A stretch of 64,000 bases of DNA from a virus. The stretch is taken from IMG/VR virus record IMGVR_UViG_3300042446_001168. One strand, given 5' to 3'. The notes beneath the pieces are model-generated. The model saw only the letters and a list, made by a program, of their open reading frames with translations, did no database searches and had not been told where the DNA came from. The position numbers and the translations under genes are program-made. Of the stretch, positions 8,751 to 17,724 are shown piece by piece. Numbering within the stretch: the first letter of the stretch is position 1; every line of letters begins with the position of its first letter.

Positions 8751-9326
8751 ATGGCTGATACTACATGGCAGTTAGATACACACGAAGTTAATACCTATTG
8801 TTACTATGATGAGGTGTTCAGTGAGGAGGATCTTACCAAGATTGAAGATCTAGGGGCAAGTACGACATTTGAGGATGCGCGTGTTGCAACTAAAATATTG
8901 TCAGCCAGGAAAACTACTGTTGGGTGGGTACGTGCTAGTGAGGAAAGTAGTTGGCTATTTCGATCACTGACTGATGCAATTGCTCACGCAAACAACAAAT
9001 GGTTTAACTTTGATTTGAATTATATAGAGTCGTTGCAGTTCTCAGTATACAATGAAGGGGACTTTTACGAACCTCATATTGATACTGCCTATCAAGGACT
9101 TGGTCAGTACCCCAGGAAATTAAGTTTCACTTTACAACTCACCGACCCATCTGAATACGAAGGTGGAGATGTTGAGCTGATCACATCTGGTATTCCATTT
9201 CCAATTTCAAAGCAACGAGGAACCATTACCTTCTTCCCATCATACATATTGCATGAGGTCAAGCCAATAACCAAAGGCACCCGCAAGGCTCTGGTTGGTT
9301 GGGTTCATGGTCCTAAATGGAAATAA
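8751..9326 (+). CDS. 2OG-Fe(II) oxygenase (PKHD / prolyl-hydroxylase-like)
   Basis: FYEPHID (HxD), RKLS, YEGG, FPSYILHEVKP, RKALVGW motifs. Confidence 0.92.
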   Translation: MADTTWQLDTHEVNTYCYYDEVFSEEDLTKIEDLGASTTFEDARVATKILSARKTTVGWVRASEESSWLFRSLTDAIAHANNKWFNFDLNYIESLQFSVYNEGDFYEPHIDTAYQGLGQYPRKLSFTLQLTDPSEYEGGDVELITSGIPFPISKQRGTITFFPSYILHEVKPITKGTRKALVGWVHGPKWK

Positions 9327-9329
9327 ATT

Positions 9330-9632
9330 ATGCCAAGTTATAAGTTTCGTGATTGTACAACAGGGGATGTGTTTGAGCACACTATGCGTATTTCAGAATA
9401 TGATTCATACATCCTAAGTAATCCTGGTGTTGAGAGATATTTTGAGCCTAGTGATGGTCTTAACATTGTTAGTGGAGTTGGAGGAATCAGAAACGATAGT
9501 GGATGGAGAGACACTCTTGCTAAAATATCAGAGGCTCATCCATCTAGTACGCTAGCAGATAGACATGGAGCATCAAAGTCTATCAAACAAGCTCAGACAG
9601 AGAATGTAATTAATAAACACTTTGGTAAATAG
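9330..9632 (+). CDS. FmdB-like small protein conserved in T4-like phages
   Basis: MPSYKFRDCTTGDVFE start, GWRDTLAKI. Confidence 0.65.
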   Translation: MPSYKFRDCTTGDVFEHTMRISEYDSYILSNPGVERYFEPSDGLNIVSGVGGIRNDSGWRDTLAKISEAHPSSTLADRHGASKSIKQAQTENVINKHFGK

Positions 9633-9638
9633 GATTCC

Positions 9639-10295
9639 GTGAGAAACAAATACTTTGACCATAAACCACTCCCTAAGCTTGAAATCCCCCGGCAGGAAAT
9701 TGATGGTAAGAGATACTATGTTACTCCCAACGGAGACAAGTATAGATCTGTTACAACTATCCTTTCGGAGCTTAGTAAAGAAGGCATTGCCAAGTGGAGA
9801 AAAAGTATTGGTGAAGAAAAGGCAAACGAGATATCTGGAAAGGCATCCAGGCGTGGTACTAAGCTCCACACCATGATGGAGGATTACGTTGCCAATGTTG
9901 AGGACTTTGCTCTCGACAAGATGCCAACAACTACATCATTATTCCTCGACATTCAACCTTTTGTTGACAAAAATGTTGAAACTGTGTATGGTATTGAGTA
10001 TCCACTATACTCTGATAGGTTGCGTGCTGCGGGAACTTCTGATCTCATATGCATGTACAACGGTATACCAACAATCTTAGACTATAAGACATCTGGTAAG
10101 CCAAAGAAAGAGCAGTGGATTGACAACTATTTTATTCAGTCCACAGCATATGCTTTGATGGTCAAGGAAAGATATGATCTGGACATTGAACAGATAGTCA
10201 TTTTGATTGCTGTTGATGGTGACCTGCCTCAGGTCTTTGTGAAAGATCCAAAAGATTATGTCAAACGGACTATTGAAGTTTTTGATACCTATTAG
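9639..10295 (+). CDS. PD-(D/E)XK exonuclease (RecB/Cas4-like fold)
   Basis: YRSVTTIL, RGTKLH, AGTSD, ILDYKTS, YFIQSTAY motifs; GTG start. Confidence 0.88.
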   Translation: MRNKYFDHKPLPKLEIPRQEIDGKRYYVTPNGDKYRSVTTILSELSKEGIAKWRKSIGEEKANEISGKASRRGTKLHTMMEDYVANVEDFALDKMPTTTSLFLDIQPFVDKNVETVYGIEYPLYSDRLRAAGTSDLICMYNGIPTILDYKTSGKPKKEQWIDNYFIQSTAYALMVKERYDLDIEQIVILIAVDGDLPQVFVKDPKDYVKRTIEVFDTY

Positions 10296-10644
10296 CATCG
10301 TTGTAACAGGGTGTGCATCCGTTAAGAAGGATGAACAAGGGGCTATCCTCATGGAGGACGTGATCGTTGAAAGAACCACGGTTAGATCCACAACTCAGAA
10401 CCCTAAACCAAAGTCCGGTGGTGGAGTTATCATTGAAGGAGACAATGTACACATCGGAGCAATTATCATCAACTCCCCTAACTCCAAGGTCGATAACTCT
10501 GTTAAGATATCTCAAGTCTCCCAGCAGAATCAACAAAACAACGGTCGCAGCGACAACTACGACAACGACCGTGATTTCTTCAAAGACATCCACAAGATGT
10601 TTCCCACCCTCATTCCTAACCTAATCATGTTTGGCGTTAGGTAA
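10258..10644 (+). CDS. Hypothetical lipoprotein
   Basis: Lipobox-like VVTGC after a hydrophobic stretch. Confidence 0.6.
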   Translation: MSNGLLKFLIPISIVVTGCASVKKDEQGAILMEDVIVERTTVRSTTQNPKPKSGGGVIIEGDNVHIGAIIINSPNSKVDNSVKISQVSQQNQQNNGRSDNYDNDRDFFKDIHKMFPTLIPNLIMFGVR

Positions 10645-10673
10645 TTACTAACTTATTACTAAAAAACAAACAG

Positions 10674-10702
10674 TTGACTTAATTTCCGTAATTGTTTATG
10701 AT
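10674..10702 (+). promoter_or_regulatory. Early sigma70-type promoter
   Basis: TTGACT-17 bp-TATGAT, with the conserved TAAT after the -35. Confidence 0.85.
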
Positions 10703-10748
10703 GGACTTTGTAGTGAGTTGAGTTCAATTATATATTATGGAGAAATAC

Positions 10749-11267
10749 ATGAATACTATCGTCAATGCAAAGCAGATCCTTACTTCCTATGGCATCAAGT
10801 CTGACTCGGTTGTAAAGGCTATTCAGCAAGTTGGTGAGGATATTGGGTTATCGTCTGATCCTCTTGGATATGCTAATTCAATCATCTCTGATCTAGGTGG
10901 TTCTGATCAGTATGATCTTGCTTCTGCTCGAATCATGGCTAAGGCAATGGTTGAGCAAGCTATTGTTCAAGATGAGTACAATACGGGTAATGCTACTATG
11001 ATTGCTGAGGCTAAGTTAGAGAAGATCCGTACCAATATGCCTTATGTGTTTGTTGAAACGGAATCAACGTCTGGTGAGAGCTCATCCTCGACATCGTTCA
11101 AGCCTGTTAAGCCCGCTCGTTCGAATGATAAGAAGCAGGTAGCTAAGGGTATCTTTGATGCTAACAAGGATAAGACTAACGGTGAGATTGCTCAGCTGAT
11201 TCAGAAAGAGTTGAAGATTACGTATGCTAATGCATACTACTATGTGTCACGAGTATTTAAGCGTTAA
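10749..11267 (+). CDS. Early protein with C-terminal HTH-like domain
   Basis: GGAGA RBS; lies between a promoter and a terminator; C-terminal EIAQLIQKELKITYANAYYY. Confidence 0.75.
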   Translation: MNTIVNAKQILTSYGIKSDSVVKAIQQVGEDIGLSSDPLGYANSIISDLGGSDQYDLASARIMAKAMVEQAIVQDEYNTGNATMIAEAKLEKIRTNMPYVFVETESTSGESSSSTSFKPVKPARSNDKKQVAKGIFDANKDKTNGEIAQLIQKELKITYANAYYYVSRVFKR

Positions 11268-11278
11268 GTTGATGTTTT

Positions 11279-11305
11279 GGCCCGACTTCGGTCGGGTCTT
11301 TTTTT
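11279..11305 (+). terminator. Rho-independent terminator with UUCG tetraloop
   Basis: GGCCCGAC-TTCG-GTCGGGTC followed by T7. Confidence 0.9.
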
Positions 11306-11317
11306 ATTGGAGATCAC

Positions 11318-11515
11318 ATGAAATTTATCACTCTACTGAGAGCTGATGGAGTGTACGTAACCTTTAACATTGATCATATCAGATATGTTGAGGCGTCAAT
11401 CGATGAAAAGTATGAGATGTGCTATGTTTATATCGACAGCAGCATCCCTTTCTGCATCAAACAATCTTACCTTGAAGTTGTTGGTGAGTTAAAGGGAATG
11501 TCCAGTGGCCATTGA
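11318..11515 (+). CDS. Hypothetical protein
   Basis: GGAGA RBS, 65 aa. Confidence 0.65.
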   Translation: MKFITLLRADGVYVTFNIDHIRYVEASIDEKYEMCYVYIDSSIPFCIKQSYLEVVGELKGMSSGH

Positions 11516-11720
11516 CGCAAATCTTGAGCAAATTCTAAATAGGATGAAGAACCTCCAGAAATGGAAGATAGTTGTTCCTATTCCAGAAGATTTTCAATTT
11601 GATGGAGTTGTACCATACAGCATGACCATAACAAATGGTACTGCAGTTGTTGAAGTGTATGCTATGACTATTGACGAGGCAAAGACTAAAGCCAAAGCAT
11701 ATTTCAATGGGCCGCCATAA
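11505..11720 (+). CDS. Hypothetical protein
   Basis: GTG start, overlapping operon arrangement. Confidence 0.6.
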   Translation: MAIDANLEQILNRMKNLQKWKIVVPIPEDFQFDGVVPYSMTITNGTAVVEVYAMTIDEAKTKAKAYFNGPP

Positions 11721-12057
11721 GAAAATTAGACCTGAAAAAGAGTGTCCTCGCTGTGGTACCAAACACATCAAGCGAGGCACTTTTTGCAGCTATAGCTGTG
11801 CCAATGTTAGAGAGCATTCCGAGTTAGACAAACTTAACAAGGGATTAGCCGTCTCTGCATATCATAAGACAGATGCATCTGAAGAGCACAAATGGAAGTT
11901 ATCCAACGTAATGAGAGCTGCTCAGCGATCTATAACTGATGCAACCGTTGTAATTCCAACAATAGAAGATATGGGTATCCCTCTCCCCCCGAGCGAAGAG
12001 GAGGAATACCTTCGCGGCAGAGTCTCCGGCAGAGATTTGTGGTTTGATGTCGACTAA
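11707..12057 (+). CDS. Zinc-finger protein
   Basis: CPRCG...FCSYSCAN. Confidence 0.7.
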   Translation: MGRHKKIRPEKECPRCGTKHIKRGTFCSYSCANVREHSELDKLNKGLAVSAYHKTDASEEHKWKLSNVMRAAQRSITDATVVIPTIEDMGIPLPPSEEEEYLRGRVSGRDLWFDVD

Positions 12058-12086
12058 CTCCTTGATTATCCAGAAGAACTTTTATG

Positions 12087-12115
12087 TTGACTTAATTTCG
12101 TTTGAGGCCGATAAT
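12087..12115 (+). promoter_or_regulatory. Early promoter cassette
   Basis: TTGACT-TAATTTCGTTTGAGGCC-GATAAT. Confidence 0.85.
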
Positions 12116-12145
12116 AGCTATATTGACTGATGAATTGGAGTTTAC

Positions 12146-12316
12146 ATGATTGCTAGTGCAAATACGGTGTTACAGATCCTGGCTCAGGAAGTAGTTGAGT
12201 CGACTGTGGATATCATGTATAATGAGTACGTTGACGAGATGTGTGCAGGTGGTGAAATGCTTATGTACTCATCCCAGTCGTACGATAATGATTGCTACGC
12301 ATATGGAGGTAAGTAA
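12146..12316 (+). CDS. Small acidic hypothetical protein (not in ORF track)
   Basis: GGAG RBS; MIASANTVLQ...YGGK*; first gene after the promoter. Confidence 0.65.
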   Translation: MIASANTVLQILAQEVVESTVDIMYNEYVDEMCAGGEMLMYSSQSYDNDCYAYGGK

Positions 12317-12317
12317 T

Positions 12318-13196
12318 ATGGATATCCGCAACGTGGGTGGTACGTTTATTGCTTTCAATGATGCTGGTAAGGAGATTGCACGCTCCAAGAACAAGTACTA
12401 TCTAAAGCAGAAAATTCAGGGGTATGAAGAAGAGCCAGTTGCTGATAGTAAGGCTGTTGAGTTTCCTATTAACCAACGATTCGAGTTCGTAGAGAAGATT
12501 GTTGGTATGATTGCTAATCGTGTTACTCCTTCTGTTGTTGTTACTGGTGAAGGTGGATTGGGTAAGACTCACACCGTTATTGAATCGCTGACTAAGGCTG
12601 GTTTACGGAATGTGACTGACATCGTAGCTGAGAGTGAAGTTGGTGAGGTGGTTACGTCCAGTAAGATGTTCGTGGTGATCAAAGGATTCTCGACAGCTAA
12701 AGGGCTGTTCAAAGTTCTGTATGAGAACCGTGACTCGATTGTTGTGTTTGATGATTGTGATTCTATTTTGAAAGATGCTGATGCTCTCAACTTGCTTAAG
12801 GGTGCTCTTGACTCGTATGATAACCGCTATATTACCTGGAATTCAAACATCAATGATGAGAATCTGCCACGCACATTCAAGTTCACTGGTGGAGTAGTGT
12901 TCATCTCTAATCTGACTCAGGATAAGATTAGTCAGGCCTTGCGTAGTCGTTCGATGTGTGTTGATTTGTCTATGACTGTTGATCAGAAGATTGATCGTAT
13001 GGAACACATCATGAACCAGCCTAACTTCCTCTCATCTGTTCCTACGATACAGAAGATCGAAGCGTTTGAGTTCTTGAAGCAGAATAAGAATGAGGCTCGT
13101 GAGATTAACTTGCGTACCTTGATTACAATTGCAAAGATTCGTCAGGCTGGTGGTTCTGATTGGAATCAACTTGCAAAATATATGTTGGTCAACTAA
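12318..13196 (+). CDS. AAA+ / P-loop ATPase
   Basis: Walker A GEGGLGKT, Walker B VVFDDCD, LLKGALDS, ALRSR; GGAGG RBS before ATG 12318. Confidence 0.85.
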   Translation: MDIRNVGGTFIAFNDAGKEIARSKNKYYLKQKIQGYEEEPVADSKAVEFPINQRFEFVEKIVGMIANRVTPSVVVTGEGGLGKTHTVIESLTKAGLRNVTDIVAESEVGEVVTSSKMFVVIKGFSTAKGLFKVLYENRDSIVVFDDCDSILKDADALNLLKGALDSYDNRYITWNSNINDENLPRTFKFTGGVVFISNLTQDKISQALRSRSMCVDLSMTVDQKIDRMEHIMNQPNFLSSVPTIQKIEAFEFLKQNKNEAREINLRTLITIAKIRQAGGSDWNQLAKYMLVN

Positions 13197-13206
13197 GGAG
13201 GATTGA

Positions 13207-13449
13207 ATGGATAAACAAGATAGAGATAACCTTGACTTCTTGCTTAACTCTGACCCCGAAACCTTGTTTGTGTGGTATAAAACAGTATCACAGGAGGACA
13301 TTGAATATGCAGAGGAGTTACTGGGGAAGTACTCGAAAGAGCTTGATGAAAGACAGGTAGCCGTTGATACGGAGCTTGCATTGATGGGGTTGACAGAATA
13401 TCCAGATGCAGAGCAGGTACTTCGTAAATTTACTAGTAAGAAAACCTGA
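13207..13449 (+). CDS. Hypothetical protein
   Basis: AGGAGG RBS. Confidence 0.7.
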   Translation: MDKQDRDNLDFLLNSDPETLFVWYKTVSQEDIEYAEELLGKYSKELDERQVAVDTELALMGLTEYPDAEQVLRKFTSKKT

Positions 13450-13489
13450 TAAGGGCTAGAATACCGCATAGAATGTGGGGATTAGACTG

Positions 13490-13518
13490 TTGACTTAATT
13501 TCGTTTGAGGCCTATAAT
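13490..13518 (+). promoter_or_regulatory. Early promoter cassette
   Basis: TTGACT-TAATTTCGTTTGAGGCC-TATAAT. Confidence 0.88.
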
Positions 13519-13549
13519 AGCTATATGGTTAATTGATAGGAGAAATAAA

Positions 13550-13798
13550 ATGATTAAAGAATTCATTCCAGCAACACGAATTGTTCGTGCCGTGCTTCGT
13601 AAACACGGAGTTATTTCCGAGTTTGTCTTTACAAACGACTACAAAAAATGCAAGACTGTTAAAACCTACGTAAGAGCAGTTCCTAATATAGATGATGTAT
13701 ATCGTGACATTCGTAGCTGCTTGATTGATGCTGGTATAACTGGTTATACTATTAAGGATGATGGCTGGTCGTTAATTGTTCGTTTACCTAAGGAGTAG
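13550..13798 (+). CDS. Hypothetical early protein
   Basis: AGGAGA RBS before ATG 13550. Confidence 0.7.
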   Translation: MIKEFIPATRIVRAVLRKHGVISEFVFTNDYKKCKTVKTYVRAVPNIDDVYRDIRSCLIDAGITGYTIKDDGWSLIVRLPKE

Positions 13799-13872
13799 AT
13801 CGTGGGATATTGGATATATGTCGAAGACGAAGAAGACTACGTTTACATTCCATCTGCAGAGGAGTTAGCACA

Positions 13873-14184
13873 ATGAAATTAATTATTCAGACGCAAGTGT
13901 ATGAGAACTACGGTGCTCACGATTGGGATGGCACCGGTCAGTGTCCGCAGTACTGGAAAGCTAAGGGTGGCATGGACTACGTGGTCAAGAAGATCAATGT
14001 CAACAACGTCACGGAGACTGTTATGGCCCTGCGCTCGCAGATTGAATGTGACAATGAAGGTTTCCAGGAGAGTATCGTCAACTGGGAAGTAGTGGCTGAC
14101 AACTACCTTACCGAGTTTGAGAAGGATCAGCTGGATTACGAAGGTAAGATCCGTTTCCCTGTTCAAGAACTGGAGTACGTATGA
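13873..14184 (+). CDS. Conserved phage hypothetical protein
   Basis: AGGAG RBS; TQVYENYGAHDWDG..CPQYWKAKGG. Confidence 0.75.
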   Translation: MKLIIQTQVYENYGAHDWDGTGQCPQYWKAKGGMDYVVKKINVNNVTETVMALRSQIECDNEGFQESIVNWEVVADNYLTEFEKDQLDYEGKIRFPVQELEYV

Positions 14185-14716
14185 GTATGATACCGCCAGT
14201 GATACACGTAATAGAAAATAAGCTAATGGCTCTGGGTAGATTATCAAAAGAGGATCACGACAAGGGGATCGTTGATATAGCCAAGACATTCAGTATTACA
14301 GAAGCTCAGGTTCAAAAGATATATTCGGACCTATCTAAAAAGATGACGGGAGGATATTGAATATGTTAGGAAAATATAGAAAAATATTGGGGTATGTTGT
14401 TGGTGCAGTTGCCGGTATTACTGGTGTGTTGGAACTGAGTCAATATCATACATGGACAGGAATCTTGTTTGTTCTTATGAGTGTGGTAATCATTATTGAT
14501 GCTGTGACCATGGAAATAGTAAATCTAGATTAAGGAGTGATGATGGATATCACATATACGTTACATTATTCCGAGAAGACGAGGCAGTATTCAATTGCCG
14601 AGTGGATAGTGGCTGACAATGGTGAGTTTGGGTTGGGAGATATAGTAGAGGAGCTGGGTGGTGAGTTTGGAAAGGCTCTGCGTAAGTTCAATCGATTGAT
14701 GAGGGATCAGGTATGA
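14181..14716 (+). CDS. Three small ORFs below the track cutoff (14181-14360, 14363-14533 membrane protein, 14542-14716)
   Basis: Consecutive ATG starts with RBSs or ATGA overlaps filling the gap. Confidence 0.55.
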
Positions 14717-15087
14717 GTGGATGGAGGAAGCGTCAGGTTAGCAATCAGATCTTGTTAGAGGAAGTGTACGAGGTTATTCGATCTAGTCAGCATGGTATGG
14801 AGGGGTTCTTGTACACACCACCAGTAGATCAGATTATACATGATTTGAAACATCACTTTGGAGATAGTATGGGAAATAAGATTATTGAGGGCAGTACTAA
14901 GGTTGAGGTATCAGGGAGTACGTTGGATGAACTTGTTATAGCGCAGCTTATGGAACATCGTGATTTTTTGCGTGAGGAGTTGTTGGCCGAGGAGGGAGGG
15001 AGCTGGTTGCATCCAGACGATATTACTAATCACAAGAAGTTAATTAAATCGATGAGTCGGATCATTGAGTACTTTGGTGGAGAGTAG
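14713..15087 (+). CDS. Hypothetical protein (possible two-module fusion)
   Basis: ATGA overlap with the preceding ORF. Confidence 0.65.
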   Translation: MSGWRKRQVSNQILLEEVYEVIRSSQHGMEGFLYTPPVDQIIHDLKHHFGDSMGNKIIEGSTKVEVSGSTLDELVIAQLMEHRDFLREELLAEEGGSWLHPDDITNHKKLIKSMSRIIEYFGGE

Positions 15088-15089
15088 TT

Positions 15090-15380
15090 GTGACTGCAGA
15101 TCAGATCAAGAGTCTTATTAAGCGTCGACGTCATCAGATGTTGATTCATTCATGTCTCTACTACGAGCTTGATGAGTCAATTATATCTGATGATGTGTGG
15201 CAGACGTGGGCAGATGAGTTGGAGGTATTGCAGACGCAGTATCCTGATCATTGCAAGGTTGGATTCTATGATTTTGATTTCAAAGATTGGACTGGGGCTA
15301 CTGGGAACCATCTTCCGTTGAGGGATCCTTGGATAGTGAACAAGGCCAAATATGTTCTTGAGGTTCACAGTAAGCAATGA
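15090..15380 (+). CDS. Stand-alone NAD-dependent DNA ligase subdomain Ia-like protein
   Basis: HSCLYYELDESIISDDVWQTWADELEVLQ matches the LigA Ia pattern H...YY..D.P.ISD..YD....EL..LE. Confidence 0.7.
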   Translation: MTADQIKSLIKRRRHQMLIHSCLYYELDESIISDDVWQTWADELEVLQTQYPDHCKVGFYDFDFKDWTGATGNHLPLRDPWIVNKAKYVLEVHSKQ

Positions 15381-15583
15381 ATGACAATATTAGACAGTTA
15401 GCAGAGAGTGCTGGGTTCATTTTATCTGAGGATGACTTGCTAGACCAGGATCCTGCTATTGAAAAGTTCTCAGAACTGATTGTACTTGAGTGTCTGAACT
15501 TTATCTACTGTGCTGACCTACTGGGTCAACCACATAGCACTGTTGACAGGCATATTAGAGACTACTTTGGAGTGAGTGAATGA
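15377..15583 (+). CDS. Small phage protein (MN..IR.LA / EKF.ELIV.EC / FGV.E family)
   Basis: Motifs shared with 16185-16469 and 20865-21164. Confidence 0.65.
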   Translation: MNDNIRQLAESAGFILSEDDLLDQDPAIEKFSELIVLECLNFIYCADLLGQPHSTVDRHIRDYFGVSE

Positions 15584-15804
15584 CACCGCATATTTTATTA
15601 TTATGGACAATGGCAACGTCTCCTATCACAGAGACTGATCATGGTGGGTGGAGGTATCTTGGGACGTATCAGTCTGAGACCTTTTGTGCTCAGGCAGCGC
15701 AGGAGTTATCCAACTACACGTATCACATCTTTGGAACATTCCGGTGTATTGCATCGGGAGTCCCGCAGCAGGATATTCCTCCAAAGGCTGTTGTGAGGTA
15801 CTAA
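15580..15804 (+). CDS. Hypothetical protein
   Basis: ATGA overlap; two Cys. Confidence 0.6.
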   Translation: MTPHILLLWTMATSPITETDHGGWRYLGTYQSETFCAQAAQELSNYTYHIFGTFRCIASGVPQQDIPPKAVVRY

Positions 15805-15813
15805 TTTAGCAAC

Positions 15814-15842
15814 ATCATATAGTATTATTTCAATTAAGTCAA
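15814..15842 (-). promoter_or_regulatory. Leftward (antisense) copy of the early promoter
   Basis: Minus strand reads TGTTGACT-TAATTGAAATAATACTA-TATGAT, 17-bp spacer. Confidence 0.7.
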
Positions 15843-15864
15843 CACTCCCCTGCAAGGTGGTCTG

Positions 15865-15893
15865 TTGACTTAATTTTGTTTGGGGGGGATAAT
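15865..15893 (+). promoter_or_regulatory. Early promoter
   Basis: TTGACT-17 bp-GATAAT. Confidence 0.8.
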
Positions 15894-15960
15894 GGGGTAT
15901 GTTAAATGAGACCAGGGAGAGTATCATGTCAGGTGAGATCACAATTCCTATTAGTGAGAG

Positions 15961-16188
15961 ATGAGATTGAATAGTTTAGTTATATTTAAGTGGGCTGGGA
16001 CTGTATTCACTTTAGTTGGTGCAATTGCCACTGCGTTGGCATTAGATCCGTTGAATGTTGTGATGTTCAACTTAGGGGCTTTTGCTTGGTTGGTTGCTAG
16101 TATCAAGATGAAGGATACGAGTCTGATTGCTGTCAACTCTGGTTTGTTGGCCATTTACTTTGTAGGATTCTTGATGAGGCAGGTATGA
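15961..16188 (+). CDS. Small multi-pass membrane protein
   Basis: KWAGT, three hydrophobic helices. Confidence 0.7.
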   Translation: MRLNSLVIFKWAGTVFTLVGAIATALALDPLNVVMFNLGAFAWLVASIKMKDTSLIAVNSGLLAIYFVGFLMRQV

Positions 16189-16469
16189 GTACTGACAATG
16201 ATGGGCCACCGGTACCTAAGATCAACAGTAAGATATTAAGGTTGTTGCAGCAATCCAAGTTAGTGTATCCAGCCAAGGATGGTAAGATATACTGTCATTT
16301 TGGAATATACCAGGATGTGACGTTGTATGCAGAGGTGTTGGCTCACTTGTTATTGTTAGAGGCGTGTATAGTGATCAGGAAGAACAAGACTGCCAGGACT
16401 GGTCATGAGTATGCTGATGTGATCAAGAAGCATTTTGGGATTAACATTCGGGTAGAAGAGAAGAAATGA
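16185..16469 (+). CDS. Hypothetical protein (IKKHFG family)
   Basis: ATGA overlap; C-terminal IKKHFGI. Confidence 0.65.
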   Translation: MSTDNDGPPVPKINSKILRLLQQSKLVYPAKDGKIYCHFGIYQDVTLYAEVLAHLLLLEACIVIRKNKTARTGHEYADVIKKHFGINIRVEEKK

Positions 16470-16633
16470 ATGAAGACGACATAGTATACCGATTGCGTAA
16501 GAGGGCTGAGATTCGTAGGCAGATTGCGGATCGTAAGTCTGTGCAGGAAGGTCGACCAGATCGTATTGCGGATTTATTAGAAGAAGCAGCAATTGAGATA
16601 GAGAGGTTACGTAATGAACGAACAAGATCATAA
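16466..16633 (+). CDS. Small conserved phage protein (not in ORF track)
   Basis: MNEDDIVYRLRKRAEIRRQI..RKSVQEG.PDRIADLLEEAA.EIERLR. Confidence 0.7.
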   Translation: MNEDDIVYRLRKRAEIRRQIADRKSVQEGRPDRIADLLEEAAIEIERLRNERTRS

Positions 16634-16955
16634 AGAGAGAGCAGAGAAATATAAGCAGCTTTACAATTCAGAATTGGCACTGAGGCTAGATCTGGAGAAG
16701 GAAGTGGAACATCTTAATAATACAATATGGAACCAGGAATATTCTACTCCGGAAAAGATTGCTGATGATTGCATGAAGCATACAGCAGAACGAAAGAAGC
16801 TGCATACAGTCTGTCATAGGGATGTTCAGGAAGCAATTGATAAGACAGTCAAGTACCTTGGTGAGATCAGGCCTGATGCATTGAAGGTATCTGCTGTTGA
16901 GCATTTAAAGCAGCTGTACAAGATTCAGATTGCGATCTTGGGTAGGATTGAATGA
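16614..16955 (+). CDS. Hypothetical protein
   Basis: GAGG RBS, 113 aa. Confidence 0.6.
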   Translation: MNEQDHKERAEKYKQLYNSELALRLDLEKEVEHLNNTIWNQEYSTPEKIADDCMKHTAERKKLHTVCHRDVQEAIDKTVKYLGEIRPDALKVSAVEHLKQLYKIQIAILGRIE

Positions 16956-17025
16956 ACTAACATATAACGATGCTGTCAGTGATTGTGCCAATGGTCTATT
17001 ACAACATTTTGGAGTTGAAGAATGA
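16952..17025 (+). pseudogene. Deletion remnant of an HFGVEE-family gene
   Basis: ATG AAC TAA followed in another frame by YNDAVSDCANGLLQHFGVEE*. Confidence 0.5.
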
Positions 17026-17222
17026 AACATCTTTTCATGCAAACCAAAGTCATATATGATGCTCATATGGAAGAGTATGATGTGTATTACAAAAACTTTC
17101 TGTTTTGGAAATTTGATAGAACGTATAAAGTATCTCAGTATATGCGAGATGATGTTGCTTCACAAACCGCTATTAATTATGCCAAGAATATATTGAATAC
17201 TGTTGAAGTGTATAGGAGTTAA
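17022..17222 (+). CDS. Hypothetical protein
   Basis: GGAG RBS, ATGA overlap. Confidence 0.65.
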   Translation: MKHLFMQTKVIYDAHMEEYDVYYKNFLFWKFDRTYKVSQYMRDDVASQTAINYAKNILNTVEVYRS

Positions 17223-17331
17223 TGATGACAGAACATGAAATGCAACAATGGTGGGTAGTCATATTTGCAATCGGTAAAGGTCTAACCTATTTGCTGGCTA
17301 TAGCCTCAATGATAAAATATCTGGTAAGTTA

Positions 17332-17724
17332 ATGATGAGTGATTACGATACGAGTATACACCCCAATCCTGTAGCGTGGGTATGGACTGTAAATAACGGC
17401 GCAGGATATACAAGCAGAGGGATAGGGTTTGAGCAGACAGATATTCCATTCGCAAAACACGTTCCGCTTTACACTGCCCCACCGCAGTCTAATAAGTTTA
17501 ATATCAAGAAAGAACTAGAACAATTGCGTGAGATGGTAAAGGTCCAGGGATACAATGGCAATTGGAACTTTGATCCATACAAGCTTGGAATGTATAATGG
17601 AATGGAGTTCATGCTATCAATGCTGGAAAATAGAGGTCCTGTATTTAAGACTAGACCAGACGTATGGTTATGTGATCTCCCGAAAGATAAAGTGATTGGT
17701 AATTCCGTAGGAGTAAAAGAATGA
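17332..17724 (+). CDS. Hypothetical mosaic protein
   Basis: PVAW...PLYTAPP module followed by GNWNFDPY.LGMYNGMEF module. Confidence 0.65.
   Translation: MMSDYDTSIHPNPVAWVWTVNNGAGYTSRGIGFEQTDIPFAKHVPLYTAPPQSNKFNIKKELEQLREMVKVQGYNGNWNFDPYKLGMYNGMEFMLSMLENRGPVFKTRPDVWLCDLPKDKVIGNSVGVKE

Noticed and set aside
9639-10295. Cas4-like nuclease as part of a CRISPR-Cas system
   Set aside because: No array or other cas genes, and no four-Cys Fe-S pattern; this exonuclease is common in T4-like phages
12195-12317. Long N-terminal extensions in ORF-track calls (e.g. 12195, 13505, 18677, 24359, 4918-5286)
   Set aside because: They run through promoters or other genes; downstream ATGs with clear RBSs were used instead
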